Part shown: piece by piece, positions 19,619-29,281 of the stretch | Layout of the letters: every line of letters starts with the position of its first letter | Numbering within the stretch: the stretch's first letter is position 1 | Assembly (NCBI GenBank): GCA_031372565.1 | Contig: JANMLN010000098.1 | Span: 1-55,786 of the forward strand | Direction: 5' to 3' | Length of the DNA stretch: 55,786 nt | From: Gemmatimonadota bacterium | GTDB lineage: Bacteria; Gemmatimonadota; Gemmatimonadetes; Gemmatimonadales; Gemmatimonadaceae | Position numbers and translations under genes: made by a program | Notes under the pieces: generated by a model | The model's input: the letters and a program-made list of their open reading frames with translations, nothing else | Databases searched by the model: none | What the model was told of the DNA's origin: nothing

Positions 19619-20792
19619 GGCGCACTCTCCGCGTGAGGGCAAACTTGTTCGTCTTTGCTACCCAGTCCGAAGTGGACTGCGATGCGCCTGTTGCCGGCGG
19701 CGCCGAGGAATCTGGCGAAGGAGCTGGCGAAGAAGGAGGAGAGGTCTTGCTTTGGACCTCCCTCGAGATGCGGTCCACTAGCCTATACAGTTCGTCATGG
19801 GCTTCAGGCTGCCCGTCTGCGCGATAGAATATCGTCTCGACTCCGTACTCGCTCTTGAGTTGCTTGGCTCTGTCGAGTTGTGCCGACGCGTTCTGTGCGT
19901 AGATCGGCAGCAGAGCGTAATGCGCTGAAGTTCCAAATGTCCAGGTTGCGCTACTGACGTCTCTGAGCACCCGCGCGAGGTACGGATCGTCCATGCTGAA
20001 TCCGACGAAGATCAGGCGCCGAGTCGCCATGAGGCCGGCTGTGAGCATATAGAGCGGCCGCGGCGCGCGCTGACTCCAGTTCGCCCGGGCCCTTAGCTCG
20101 GCGATCGTAAGGGTCCGCCTGAGATGCGGCTCAAGGGCAAGGGCTGTCGCTATATCGGGGGGTACAAGGTCGGTATTGTCGCTGATGTTGGATGGGAAAC
20201 CATAGGCATCTAGGTACGATCGTTCAGTGAGCACGATGCTGCTGGGCTGTGTCACCACGCCATGCAAGTGGATGACATGCTCCAAGGCTGAGTGTGGGCG
20301 GCGTTCAGATAGAGCCCGAATCGATGGAGCGACTTGTGATGTGTCAGGCGGATGCCAGATTGTCACACTCTTCGGGATAGACGCCCCCCCATGAGCATCT
20401 TTGTAGGCAACTTCGGCTACGATGTCATAATTCGTGGTGAGTATCCCTTGAAACGGAAGCCCAACTAACTGACGATGGAACGGGATGAGTCTGTCTCTCA
20501 CGTCCGACTCACGTGACAGATAGAGGCGCTGATGGAGGGCCCGATTAAACTCATCCGGGCCCAAGCTGTCAGAGATCTCCTGAGCGTACGCCAAGAAATC
20601 GGCTGGAGGTATTGGCTCTTCGCGAGCGACAAAGCCAGGGGCCAAGGCGGTCGCCCTTTTGGCGAGCTCGCGAAGCAGGCGGGGCCAAGAATCGAACTGC
20701 GCGGCGATGCTAAAGCCAGCTCCCAGCACCAAGAGCGCTTGCTGGCTCGCGATTAGGTCTACGAGTTCGGCAAGACGTTGGTCGCGTTCCAA
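19608..20792 (-). CDS. SIR2-like (SIR2_2) protein, putative NADase effector
   Basis: 'LVLGAGFS', 'ILTTNYD', 'IHLHG', 'IFVGFSMDDPY'. Confidence 0.85.
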   Translation of the reverse strand: MERDQRLAELVDLIASQQALLVLGAGFSIAAQFDSWPRLLRELAKRATALAPGFVAREEPIPPADFLAYAQEISDSLGPDEFNRALHQRLYLSRESDVRDRLIPFHRQLVGLPFQGILTTNYDIVAEVAYKDAHGGASIPKSVTIWHPPDTSQVAPSIRALSERRPHSALEHVIHLHGVVTQPSSIVLTERSYLDAYGFPSNISDNTDLVPPDIATALALEPHLRRTLTIAELRARANWSQRAPRPLYMLTAGLMATRRLIFVGFSMDDPYLARVLRDVSSATWTFGTSAHYALLPIYAQNASAQLDRAKQLKSEYGVETIFYRADGQPEAHDELYRLVDRISREVQSKTSPPSSPAPSPDSSAPPATGASQSTSDWVAKTNKFALTRRVRHED

Positions 20793-21054
20793 CAGGCGCT
20801 CAGAAGAAAGCGCTTCAACTGGGATCTCGGAGGGCAGAGACTAGTCTCCTCGCAGCGGGCCCTGTGCGCGACGCGCAGGCAGGTCAGTGAAATGCTCCGA
20901 CTCTATCGAGTGCGACGAAAGGCCTTACCGGCAGTACCACGTGGGATGGCGTAAGCCACGCGAGTCAGAAACAAGGTGAGGCCGGCGAGCACGAAAAGCT
21001 GTTGCGGGTCGGACTGGGGTCGGTAAACGAGGGTGTCCACCTGAAACGGAGCTG

Positions 21055-22260
21055 TCACGCGATGCCGAGGCGTGAACCCACCCTCACAAACGCCCCCACC
21101 GCCCGCTCCAAATCCTCCCGCGAGTGCGCCGCACTCACCTGACACCGCACCCGCGCCTGCCCCTGCGGCACCACCGGAAACCCAAACCCGGTCACGAAGA
21201 TCCCCTCTTCAAGCAGCGCATCCGACATCGCAATCGCGTCCTTCGTCTCCCCAATGATGATCGGGACGATCGGCGTCTCCCCAGGCAGCGGCTTGAACCC
21301 CGCCTCGACCAGCGCCGCACGGAACCACGCCGTGTTCTCATGCAGCTTGGTCACCCGCTCCGGGTGCGCCTCGATGAACTCCACGCTCTTGAGGGCGGAC
21401 GCCGCCACCGTCGGCGGTAACGCATTCGAGAACAGCTGCGGCCGCGACCGCTGATTCAGCCAGTCCGTCAGCACCGCCGGCCCCGCCACGAACCCGCCCG
21501 CCGCGCCGCCCAGCGCCTTGCCGAGTGTGGACGTGATCACGTCCACCTCGCCGATCACGCCGAAGTGCTCGGCCGTGCCGCGGCCCGTCTTGCCCAGCAC
21601 GCCGGTCGCGTGCGAGTCGTCCATCACCACGATCGCGTCGTGGTCGCGCGCGATCTGCAGGATCTCCGGCAGCTTCGCGATGCTCCCCTCCATCGAGAAC
21701 ACGCCGTCCGTCCAGATCACCCGCCGGCGCGCTCCCTTGTTGGCCTTGAGCTGCACCACCAGGTCGTCCATGTCGGAGTGCTTGTAGACGCCGGTCGTGC
21801 ACTTGGTGATCGCCTTGGCCAGGCGGATCGAGTCGATGATGGACGCGTGGTTGAGCGCGTCGCTCACCACGAAGTCCCCCTCCTGCACGATGCTCTGCGT
21901 CAGCGCCTCGTTGGCGTTCCAGCACGCCACGTAGCTGAGCGCCGATTCCGTGCCAACGAACCGCGCCAGCGCCGCCTCCAGCTCGCGGTGCACCGTGAAC
22001 GTGCCGCAGATGAAGCGCACGCTCCCCGTGCCGGCGCCGAACTGCCGAAGCCCCGCATGCCCTGCCTCGACCACGGCTGGCTCGTTCGACAACCCCAGAT
22101 AGTTGTTCGACGAGAGCACGAGGATCTCCCCCTTGCCCTCCATCTGCACGTGCGCCCCCTGCGGGCTCGACAGGTAGTTGAAGCGCTTGTAGACCTGATC
22201 GGCCTTGAGCTGGTCGATCTGGGTGGACAGCTCGGTGACGAAGCGGGCGTTGCGGGACAT
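21055..22260 (-). CDS. kbl: Glycine C-acetyltransferase (2-amino-3-ketobutyrate CoA ligase)
   Basis: 'SNNYLGL', 'SVRFICGT', 'NHASIIDSIRL', 'STLGKALGG'; near tdh. Confidence 0.93.
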   Translation of the reverse strand: MSRNARFVTELSTQIDQLKADQVYKRFNYLSSPQGAHVQMEGKGEILVLSSNNYLGLSNEPAVVEAGHAGLRQFGAGTGSVRFICGTFTVHRELEAALARFVGTESALSYVACWNANEALTQSIVQEGDFVVSDALNHASIIDSIRLAKAITKCTTGVYKHSDMDDLVVQLKANKGARRRVIWTDGVFSMEGSIAKLPEILQIARDHDAIVVMDDSHATGVLGKTGRGTAEHFGVIGEVDVITSTLGKALGGAAGGFVAGPAVLTDWLNQRSRPQLFSNALPPTVAASALKSVEFIEAHPERVTKLHENTAWFRAALVEAGFKPLPGETPIVPIIIGETKDAIAMSDALLEEGIFVTGFGFPVVPQGQARVRCQVSAAHSREDLERAVGAFVRVGSRLGIA

Positions 22261-22302
22261 ATGCGGGACTGAACCTGCGAGAGAGAGACGGGTAGGGCGG
22301 TG

Positions 22303-22797
22303 CTACGCGAGCGGCCGGCGGGTCGGAGGGTGACCATCGAAGCCGAGGTACGCGACACCGAACTGATAGTTCTTGCAGCGGTAGTGCGCCTTGTCCGTGT
22401 GGCCGTTGAATCCTTCACGGAGAGCCGGAATCGGCAGTTCCTGAGCATTCTCGAGCACGAAGCGGTAGCCGTTGTACGTCACCTTCTCGACCAGACCGCC
22501 TTCGAGGTAGGCCACCGGGAGATGGAGGTTGCGGAACCCGCGTTCCTTCTCGGGTCCGTTCGCGACTCCGCAGATGTACAAGAAGGGGAACCGGTCCATC
22601 TCGTCAAACGCGAGGTCAACTCCGCTCGGCGCGTTTCGAGAGTTGAAGTTGGGCGCGAGGGCGCCGCCGAAGCACTCCTGGCAGTGCTTCGCCTCCTTGA
22701 AGCTCTTCACATAGTAGGCCCACAGGAGCCCGAAGCCCTGAATGGGGCCGGGCGCGTTGGTCTCGTGCGACACGTGCAGCCGGATCACCGACGGCAT
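22303..22797 (-). CDS. Hypothetical protein with CxxC
   Basis: 164-aa ORF with coding-like composition between operon genes; 'HCQEC'. Confidence 0.6.
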   Translation of the reverse strand: MPSVIRLHVSHETNAPGPIQGFGLLWAYYVKSFKEAKHCQECFGGALAPNFNSRNAPSGVDLAFDEMDRFPFLYICGVANGPEKERGFRNLHLPVAYLEGGLVEKVTYNGYRFVLENAQELPIPALREGFNGHTDKAHYRCKNYQFGVAYLGFDGHPPTRRPLA

Positions 22798-22880
22798 AGT
22801 GGATTGGAGTAGTTCCAGCAGTTGTCAGCAAGAGAGGCGCCAAGTGCTCACGCAAATGCGAGCCCGACGCCTCCCACAGG

Positions 22881-23876
22881 CTAAGCCGGCGGCGTCGCCG
22901 ACCTCTCCCCGTCCTCAGTCAAGATCCACCGCAGCATCGCCGCGTCAACATTCCCGCCGGAAATGATCACCCCGACGCGTCCGGAAACCTTCACAGCTCC
23001 GCTCATCGCCGCCGCCAACGCCAGCGTCCCGGTCGGCTCAATCACCTGCTTCATCGTCAGCATCGCAAACCGCACCGCCTCGACCAGCGCCGAGTCCGGC
23101 ACCGTCACCATGTCATCCACCAACTCGCGAATCATGGGAAACGTGATCTCCCCGCCGCAGATCGTCCGCGCCCCATCCGCGATCGTCGCCGGCACACCCG
23201 GCAGGTGCACCAGCTCACCCGTCTTGAACGACCGCGTCAGATCATCACCCAGCGCCGGCTCCACGCCAATCACTTTGCAGTTGGGGCTCATCGCGCGCGC
23301 GGCCAACGCAGACCCCGACAGCAATCCACCCCCACCGCAGCACACCAGCAGGTAGTCCAGCTCGCCCACCTCCTCGAACAACTCCGCCGCCGCCGTCCCC
23401 TGACCGGCGATCACGTCCGGATGATCGAACGGCGGCACCAGCGTCGCACCGGTCTCGTCCACCAGCTTCCGCGCCACTTCTTCGCGCTTGGACTCGCTCG
23501 GGTGGAACGTCACCACGGTCGCGCCGTAGCCCGCCGTCGCATCGAGCTTGGCCTTGGGAGCGTTGTGCGGCATCACGATCGTCGCCTTGCAGCCGTAGAG
23601 CTGCGCCGAGAGCGCCACAGCCTGGGCGTGGTTGCCACTGCTGAAGGCGACAATCCCCTTGGCGCGCGCCTCCGGGCCCATCGCCGTCAGCGCGTTGTAC
23701 GCCCCGCGGAACTTGAACGCCCCCATCCGCTGCAGGTGCTCCCCCTTCAAGAAGAGCTCGGCCCCCACGCGCTTGTCGAGCGTGCGCGAGGTCAGCACGG
23801 CGGTCTTCTTCGCGATGCCGACGAGACGGCCGCGGGCGGCGGTGACGTCTAGGAAGGTCGGGTGGGGGGCGGTCAT
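22881..23876 (-). CDS. PLP-dependent threonine/serine ammonia-lyase family enzyme
   Basis: 'QRMGAFKFRGA', 'SSGNHAQ', 'GGGGL', 'SGGN'. Confidence 0.9.
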   Translation of the reverse strand: MTAPHPTFLDVTAARGRLVGIAKKTAVLTSRTLDKRVGAELFLKGEHLQRMGAFKFRGAYNALTAMGPEARAKGIVAFSSGNHAQAVALSAQLYGCKATIVMPHNAPKAKLDATAGYGATVVTFHPSESKREEVARKLVDETGATLVPPFDHPDVIAGQGTAAAELFEEVGELDYLLVCCGGGGLLSGSALAARAMSPNCKVIGVEPALGDDLTRSFKTGELVHLPGVPATIADGARTICGGEITFPMIRELVDDMVTVPDSALVEAVRFAMLTMKQVIEPTGTLALAAAMSGAVKVSGRVGVIISGGNVDAAMLRWILTEDGERSATPPA

Positions 23877-23891
23877 GTCGGGGGCTGATTG

Positions 23892-24104
23892 CTAGAGGTC
23901 TTCCGGTCGAAGACCGGATTGCTTGGCGAGGCGCGAAAGCATCCGCGGACCGATCTCTTCATCATCATGAAACGCGAACACGATGTCGGGCCAGCCCTCG
24001 CGGGCTAGTACGCGATGCGATCCGGATTGTCGCTTGAGCCCCCAGCCGATCCTTTGCAGCGCCGCGAACACACGGCGTGCCTTCGCGGCCCCGAACGAGC
24101 TCAC
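23892..24104 (-). CDS. hicA: HicA-family toxin
   Basis: 'GW..RQSGSHRVL..AFHDDEEIGPRML..SGL'. Confidence 0.85.
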   Translation of the reverse strand: MSSFGAAKARRVFAALQRIGWGLKRQSGSHRVLAREGWPDIVFAFHDDEEIGPRMLSRLAKQSGLRPEDL

Positions 24105-24307
24105 GCCGCCTGAAACGCGACGGTCATCAGTTCCGGCACAGCTTCGCCGTGCTCGAGGCGGTCGGCGAGGACGCGAAAGGCCAGCGCCTGCACGCGCGCA
24201 ATTGCGTCACCCTTGGTCACGCCGTAGGCCATCGCGCCCGGCAGCTCTGGCACTTCCGCCAGCCAGCGTCCGTCGGTCTCCTGTTCCACTTCCAGCCGAA
24301 GATTCAT
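24101..24307 (-). CDS. hicB: Short HicB-family antitoxin
   Basis: 'EQETDGRWLAEVPELPGAMAYG.T'; 4-bp overlap with hicA. Confidence 0.85.
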   Translation of the reverse strand: MNLRLEVEQETDGRWLAEVPELPGAMAYGVTKGDAIARVQALAFRVLADRLEHGEAVPELMTVAFQAA

Positions 24308-24389
24308 CGGAACCGCCGCGGTGAGGGAGATTCATTCTACCCCGCCAGCAGAGCTCTGTCCAAGGGCGAGGCCTGCGCGTGCCCCCCCC

Positions 24390-25418
24390 TCACCCGATCT
24401 CGAACACCACCTTCCCCGCCTCCCCGCTCTTGATCGCATGAATCGCCGCATCAAACTCCGCCATCGGCATCCGATGCGTGATCACCGGCGTCGGATCGAA
24501 CTGCTTGCTCCGCAGAAACTGCGTCATCTGGATCCACGTGTCGTACATCCGCCGCCCCACCACGCCGTACACCGTGATCCCCTTGAAGATGATCTCCTTG
24601 GCCAGATCAATCTCCACCGGCTTGGACGGAATCCCGAGCATCTGCACCCGACCGCCATCGCGCACGAGCGCGAACGCCTGATGCACCGCCGACGGCACGC
24701 CGCTCATCTCGAGCACGGTGTCCACGCCGAGCCCTTCGGTGGCACGGCGCACGGCATCGGGCGCCTCCGCAGGCGTCACCGCATCGTGCGCGCCCATCGC
24801 CTTGGCGAGCGCGAGGCGCTTGGGGTTCACATCCACGGCAATCACGCGTGAGGCACCCGCCGCGGCGCAAATGCCCACGGCAAAGATCCCGATCGGCCCG
24901 CAGCCGGTGATCAGCACGGTCGCCCCCGGAATCGACGTCCCGTGCAGTGCCGTGTGGAACGCATTCCCCATCGGGTCATGAATCCCGCCGAGCTCGTACG
25001 ACACGTCATCATCGAGGTGCCACACGTTCGTCGCCGGCATCGCGATGTACTCCGCGAAGCACCCGTCCCGGTCCACGCCGATGATCCGCGTGTTCGGGCA
25101 CACGTGCGAGTTGCCCGTCCGGCACATGTGGCACCGTCCACAGACGATGTGCCCCTCGGCCGTCACCCGCTGGCCGAGGCTCACGTCGGTGACGAGCGAG
25201 CCCACCTGCACCACCTCGCCCGCAAACTCGTGTCCGACGACAAAGGGCGGCTTGCACCGCCCCGCCGCCCACGCGTCCCACTCGTAGATGTGCACGTCGG
25301 TGCCGCAGACCCCCGCGCGCTTGACGCGGATCAGCACCTCGTTGTCCTTGATCGTCGGCTCCGGAACGTCGCGGAGCTCGAACCCCGGGTGAGGACCCGT
25401 CTTGACCAGCGCCTTCAC
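24390..25418 (-). CDS. tdh: L-threonine 3-dehydrogenase
   Basis: 'CGTDVHIYEWD', 'GHE', structural Zn cysteines, 'GRRMYDTW'. Confidence 0.93.
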   Translation of the reverse strand: MKALVKTGPHPGFELRDVPEPTIKDNEVLIRVKRAGVCGTDVHIYEWDAWAAGRCKPPFVVGHEFAGEVVQVGSLVTDVSLGQRVTAEGHIVCGRCHMCRTGNSHVCPNTRIIGVDRDGCFAEYIAMPATNVWHLDDDVSYELGGIHDPMGNAFHTALHGTSIPGATVLITGCGPIGIFAVGICAAAGASRVIAVDVNPKRLALAKAMGAHDAVTPAEAPDAVRRATEGLGVDTVLEMSGVPSAVHQAFALVRDGGRVQMLGIPSKPVEIDLAKEIIFKGITVYGVVGRRMYDTWIQMTQFLRSKQFDPTPVITHRMPMAEFDAAIHAIKSGEAGKVVFEIG

Positions 25419-25565
25419 GCCATGAATCCGGCAAGGGAAGCGGCCGTTCGCATCATCGCGAGGATCCAGGGCCGCGCGCCGTGGTGGTCACCGACGCGCG
25501 GGAAAGTTCGCGTGAGCGCGCGGACGGGGGAAGGGACCCGCATCCGGCGCGCACGATGCGCCGTG

Positions 25566-26357
25566 CTACACCAGACTGGTGATCTGCCCGCCGTCGACCT
25601 GGAGCGCGACGCCGGTGACGAAGCTCGCCCGCTCGCTCGCGAGAAACGCGGCCACGTCGGCCATCTCCTCGGGTCGACCAGAGCGACCGAGCGGAATCTC
25701 CAGCTTGCGCGCCTCCATCAGCTGTTCGATCGGCACCCCGGTCCGCTCGGCGCGCATCTGCGCGAGCTCGCGTGCCCGGTCGGTGTCGAAGTGGCCAGTG
25801 AGCAGCGTGTTGACCAGCACGTTGTCCTTGGCGACCTCGGTGGCGAGCGTCTTGGCGAAGCCGAGCAGGCCGGCGCGCGCCGTGTTCGAGAGCATGAGGC
25901 CGGGCAGCGGCATCTTGGCGGCCATCGACGTGAGGTAGAGCACACGCCCCCATTTCCGCGACTGCATGCCGGGGACGGTGGCGTGCGTGAGGCGAATCGA
26001 CCCCATGAGGTTCTGCTCGATGGCGGCGAGGTACTGCGCGTCGGTGGAGGTCGCGAAGGTGGTGCTCGGCGGTCCTCCGGCATTGGCCACCAGGATGTCG
26101 ATCTCGCCCACGTGGGCGCGCGCATGGGCGACGATCGCCTCGGCGGCGCCGGCGCTGCTCACGTCGGCCACGATGGACAGCACGGTCGCGTTCGTCGCGG
26201 CGCGAAGCTCGGCGGCGGTCGCCTCGAGCGTGCTCGCCGTGCGTGCGGCAATCACGACGGTCGCACCTTCGCGCGCGAGTGCGTGCGCGATGGCCTTGCC
26301 CAATCCCTTCGATGCGCCGGTGACGAGGGCGACGCGCCCCGAGATGCCGAGATCCAT
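25566..26357 (-). CDS. SDR-family oxidoreductase
   Basis: 'MDLGISGRVALVTGASKGLG', 'NAGGP', 'VDGG'. Confidence 0.9.
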   Translation of the reverse strand: MDLGISGRVALVTGASKGLGKAIAHALAREGATVVIAARTASTLEATAAELRAATNATVLSIVADVSSAGAAEAIVAHARAHVGEIDILVANAGGPPSTTFATSTDAQYLAAIEQNLMGSIRLTHATVPGMQSRKWGRVLYLTSMAAKMPLPGLMLSNTARAGLLGFAKTLATEVAKDNVLVNTLLTGHFDTDRARELAQMRAERTGVPIEQLMEARKLEIPLGRSGRPEEMADVAAFLASERASFVTGVALQVDGGQITSLV

Positions 26358-26509
26358 GGTGCAGCTCCGATGATGCGGTGACGTGATGGATGTGGACGCG
26401 CGCGCGTTGATGCTGCGTGATGCACCGTGGTGCACGTTGACGCACCGTTCTGCGCACGATGCGATGCTACGACGTTGAGCACGAGTTTGCACGAATTGAA
26501 AAAAGACTA

Positions 26510-26538
26510 TTGCGTATAAAAATACGTCTTCCTATATT
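26510..26538 (+). promoter_or_regulatory. Putative sigma70 promoter in AT-rich patch
   Basis: TTGCGT-17bp-TATATT preceded by an A-tract. Confidence 0.45.
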
Positions 26539-26963
26539 CGCGCATGGTTACGAACGCAACACGAGTTGCGTGCCCTTCATCAATCACTGCGTGAGACGAT
26601 CGACTCGAGCCTGCAACGTCGTTGCAATGCGCCCCGCGGCACACTCGCCGCGCACGGCCTCGCTCGTCGCCGCGTACGCCACCAACATCGCAACACACAC
26701 CATGAATCGCCCGGCGATGCTGCCGTGCGCTTCACTGTTCGCTTGGCGCGGTGACCACGCCGCGTGACGCGCGCGCACACGAATCGTCAAATCACTGATG
26801 CGGGGTCGCCTGCATCGGGTTGGGTACGAGGCAACACGATCTGATGCAAACGCGCCGAACGTGGCGCGCATAACGGAGCCAGGCCCGACGGGGTCTGACT
26901 GTCCCGCTCACCAATCCACCGGGGGATTGGAAAGCGATTCACTCCAGTTCTGGAGATACGACA

Positions 26964-27035
26964 ATGGCAGCCAAGAAGAAGGCAACCAAGAAGAAGGCGA
27001 CCAAGAAGAAGGCCGCTGCGAAGAAGAAGAAGTAG
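26964..27035 (+). CDS. 23-aa lysine-rich histone-H1-like micropeptide MAAKKKATKKKATKKKAAAKKKK
   Basis: GGAGA RBS at 26952-56, ATG 26964, all Lys codons AAG, TAG 27033-35, hairpin directly after. Confidence 0.8.
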   Translation: MAAKKKATKKKATKKKAAAKKKK

Positions 27036-27044
27036 CTTGCAAAG

Positions 27045-27078
27045 CGAAGGGGCCGGCGATCACTCGCCGGCCCCTTCG
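27045..27078. terminator. 15-bp perfect hairpin between convergent small genes
   Basis: CGAAGGGGCCGGCGA-TCAC-TCGCCGGCCCCTTCG. Confidence 0.75.
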
Positions 27079-27131
27079 TGCATTCGGGATGTCAGTGCGC
27101 GGGATACGGGCCGCGCCACCCCGATCGCGCG

Positions 27132-27371
27132 TTACGCCGCGCGAGGCTCCTCCACCGGATCAACCGGTGCCGGACCCCAGACATACGCCAAGAACCTGGG
27201 CAGCTTCGTGTCGCGCACGTTGCGAGACGAAATCACGATCCCGATCGGTTCATCGGTCAGCTGGATCTGCGGGTCGGTCATCATATAGAAGGGCCTCATC
27301 AGAGACGTGCCCGGCGATGTGCCGAACACCCTCCTACAAGGCATGTCCCGTGCCAGCCAGACGACGAGCAT
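27132..27371 (-). CDS. Small hypothetical protein (true start probably an internal Met)
   Basis: C-terminal 50 aa 'MTDPQIQLTDEPIGIVISS..RFLAYVWGP' has host-like codons and ends before the hairpin. Confidence 0.45.
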   Translation of the reverse strand: MLVVWLARDMPCRRVFGTSPGTSLMRPFYMMTDPQIQLTDEPIGIVISSRNVRDTKLPRFLAYVWGPAPVDPVEEPRAA

Positions 27372-27490
27372 AAAGCGTTGTGCAGCAATTACTTAGCCGA
27401 CCATGCGCGGCAGCGCCACGCGCCTGTTTCGTGTCGCCGTGACACTGAGAGCAACCTCACACGGTGTCGGCCGGACACGAGCAGAAAAGG

Positions 27491-29194
27491 TCACGGCGAT
27501 CGCGTGGTCAGCTCCAGCCGAACGAACTGACGCTTCGGCCCGACCAGGAAACGGGTGAGTTCGGTGGGCGGTTCGCCGTCGATCAGGCGAACCAGTGCGA
27601 CGATCGACCCCGTCGGGATGCCGCACGCCTTCCATCGCCCGAGCTCGTCCGATGCCACGCGTTGACCGGGCCAGTCGCGCGGCCCAGTCACCAACGCTTC
27701 GTCGCCGCTGGGCGCGCGGGTCCATTTCACCTCGAGCGTATCGAACGCGATCAGGTCACCGAACTGGTCGCGCAGAATGCCGGCGACCACGGCCTGTCCG
27801 CGCCGAGCCACGTCGGCCCCGCATGCGGCCGCCACGAGATCAATCTCGCCGAGTGGCACGTCGATGGTGCGGGTGGACGAGGGCGCGGGGATCACCACGC
27901 GACGCTCGATCGGGCGCGCGACCACGTCACGCAGCGCGGCGGGGGTGATGCGCAACAGCTGCTCGCCGCCCGCGAGTCCGACCAACCGGGCGACGCCCGC
28001 GGAGTCGGTGAGTGCGATCATGGCGGCGTCGCCCGCGACTGACACGGTCGCGCGCGCGATCGACACGGTACCGGTGGGATCGGTCAGCGCGATGCCGAGC
28101 AATCCGGGTTCGAGCGCGTACTGCTCGAGTCCGGCGATGCGCGCACCACGCAGTTCGCCGCCCGACAGGTTGGCGTGCGTGACCACGCGCACCGGATCGA
28201 CATGCACCATGCCGAAGTCGCGCGTCGTGCGCCGGATCTCCTGCGCCCCCGCCATCGCGATATGCCACCGATTGATCACGAACTCGCCCGACGGCAGCCG
28301 CGTGAGCTCGATGCGACCCCGTGCGCCAGCCTCGGTGATGTCGCGCGGCAGGTTGGTGTAGTGGAACTCCACCAGCCGGAGCTCGGCCGAGCTTCGATCG
28401 ACCCAGGCGGTCCCTGCAATGTCGACGATCCCCGAGCGCTGCGCGGCCGGTTCGAACTCGACCCCCACCCACTCGGGATGCCTCGCCGACGGTGGCTGCA
28501 AGCGGAAGCAGTGTCCGGAAAGGAACACATCGGACATGAGCACCGTGGCGTCCGGCCCGAAGAAATGCGTCAAGCCACCACGATTGCGCCGATACCCGCC
28601 CAAGGCGAGCGACTCCGGTGCGACGCTCACGAAGGGACGCGGTGTGCGGCCGCGCCCTTCATCGACGTCGTCGGCGAACACGACGCCGCTGTCGGCGAGG
28701 ATCTGCCGCCGATAGGTGATCCATTCGGTGGTCAGCGCGCCGTGGCTGGCTGCAGCCTCGGCCAACTGCAGCGCCGTGCGCGCTTCTTCCCACACCGCGT
28801 ACACCGCCTGTGACGCGTCCGATCGTGCACGGCAGACGCGCTCGGTGCGCACCGCGATGGATGGCAGGGTGATGGCGGTCGAGCGCAACACGATGTGGAG
28901 CGCCGGCGAGACGGCTGCCGTCAGGCGGCCGGCGGCGACGTCATACGGCCGGAAGCCGATCCGCAGCACGCGTGCGGTGTAGCGTCCTTCGTCGGGCAGC
29001 GGGATGGCGAACGTGCCGACCGGGCTGGTGAGCGTGCGCGCCACCACCGTGCCGGTGGAGTCGACCGCGAGGACGAGCGTCGCGCGCGCAGGGGTGATGC
29101 TATCCGCGAAGAGCACGGTGCCGCGCAGCTGCTGGGCGTCCATCGACCGCGTCGCGATGGCGGCGAGCAGGACAGCGGCGAGAGCGCGAAGCAT
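27491..29194 (-). CDS. Exported protein with carboxypeptidase-regulatory-like beta domains
   Basis: Signal peptide; 'LRGTV..G.F.I..GRY..RIGF' repeat-type domains. Confidence 0.75.
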   Translation of the reverse strand: MLRALAAVLLAAIATRSMDAQQLRGTVLFADSITPARATLVLAVDSTGTVVARTLTSPVGTFAIPLPDEGRYTARVLRIGFRPYDVAAGRLTAAVSPALHIVLRSTAITLPSIAVRTERVCRARSDASQAVYAVWEEARTALQLAEAAASHGALTTEWITYRRQILADSGVVFADDVDEGRGRTPRPFVSVAPESLALGGYRRNRGGLTHFFGPDATVLMSDVFLSGHCFRLQPPSARHPEWVGVEFEPAAQRSGIVDIAGTAWVDRSSAELRLVEFHYTNLPRDITEAGARGRIELTRLPSGEFVINRWHIAMAGAQEIRRTTRDFGMVHVDPVRVVTHANLSGGELRGARIAGLEQYALEPGLLGIALTDPTGTVSIARATVSVAGDAAMIALTDSAGVARLVGLAGGEQLLRITPAALRDVVARPIERRVVIPAPSSTRTIDVPLGEIDLVAAACGADVARRGQAVVAGILRDQFGDLIAFDTLEVKWTRAPSGDEALVTGPRDWPGQRVASDELGRWKACGIPTGSIVALVRLIDGEPPTELTRFLVGPKRQFVRLELTTRSP

Positions 29195-29217
29195 GGCGTC
29201 AATCTACGTCGAGCCGT

Positions 29218-29264
29218 CTCATCCTGAGCGCCCTGTCGTCCTGAGCGAAGCGAAGGACCTGCTT
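29218..29264 (+). repeat. Palindromic repeat: partial copy plus full copy 29234-29264, left of DinB gene
   Basis: TGTCGTCCTGAGCGAAGCGAAGGACCTGCTT. Confidence 0.92.
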
Positions 29265-29281
29265 TCGCCCATCCCCTCCCC

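Noticed and set aside
26798..27373. 191-aa ORF with EEG repeats
   Set aside because: Off-frame reading of the Lys-rich micropeptide; it runs through the terminator hairpin.
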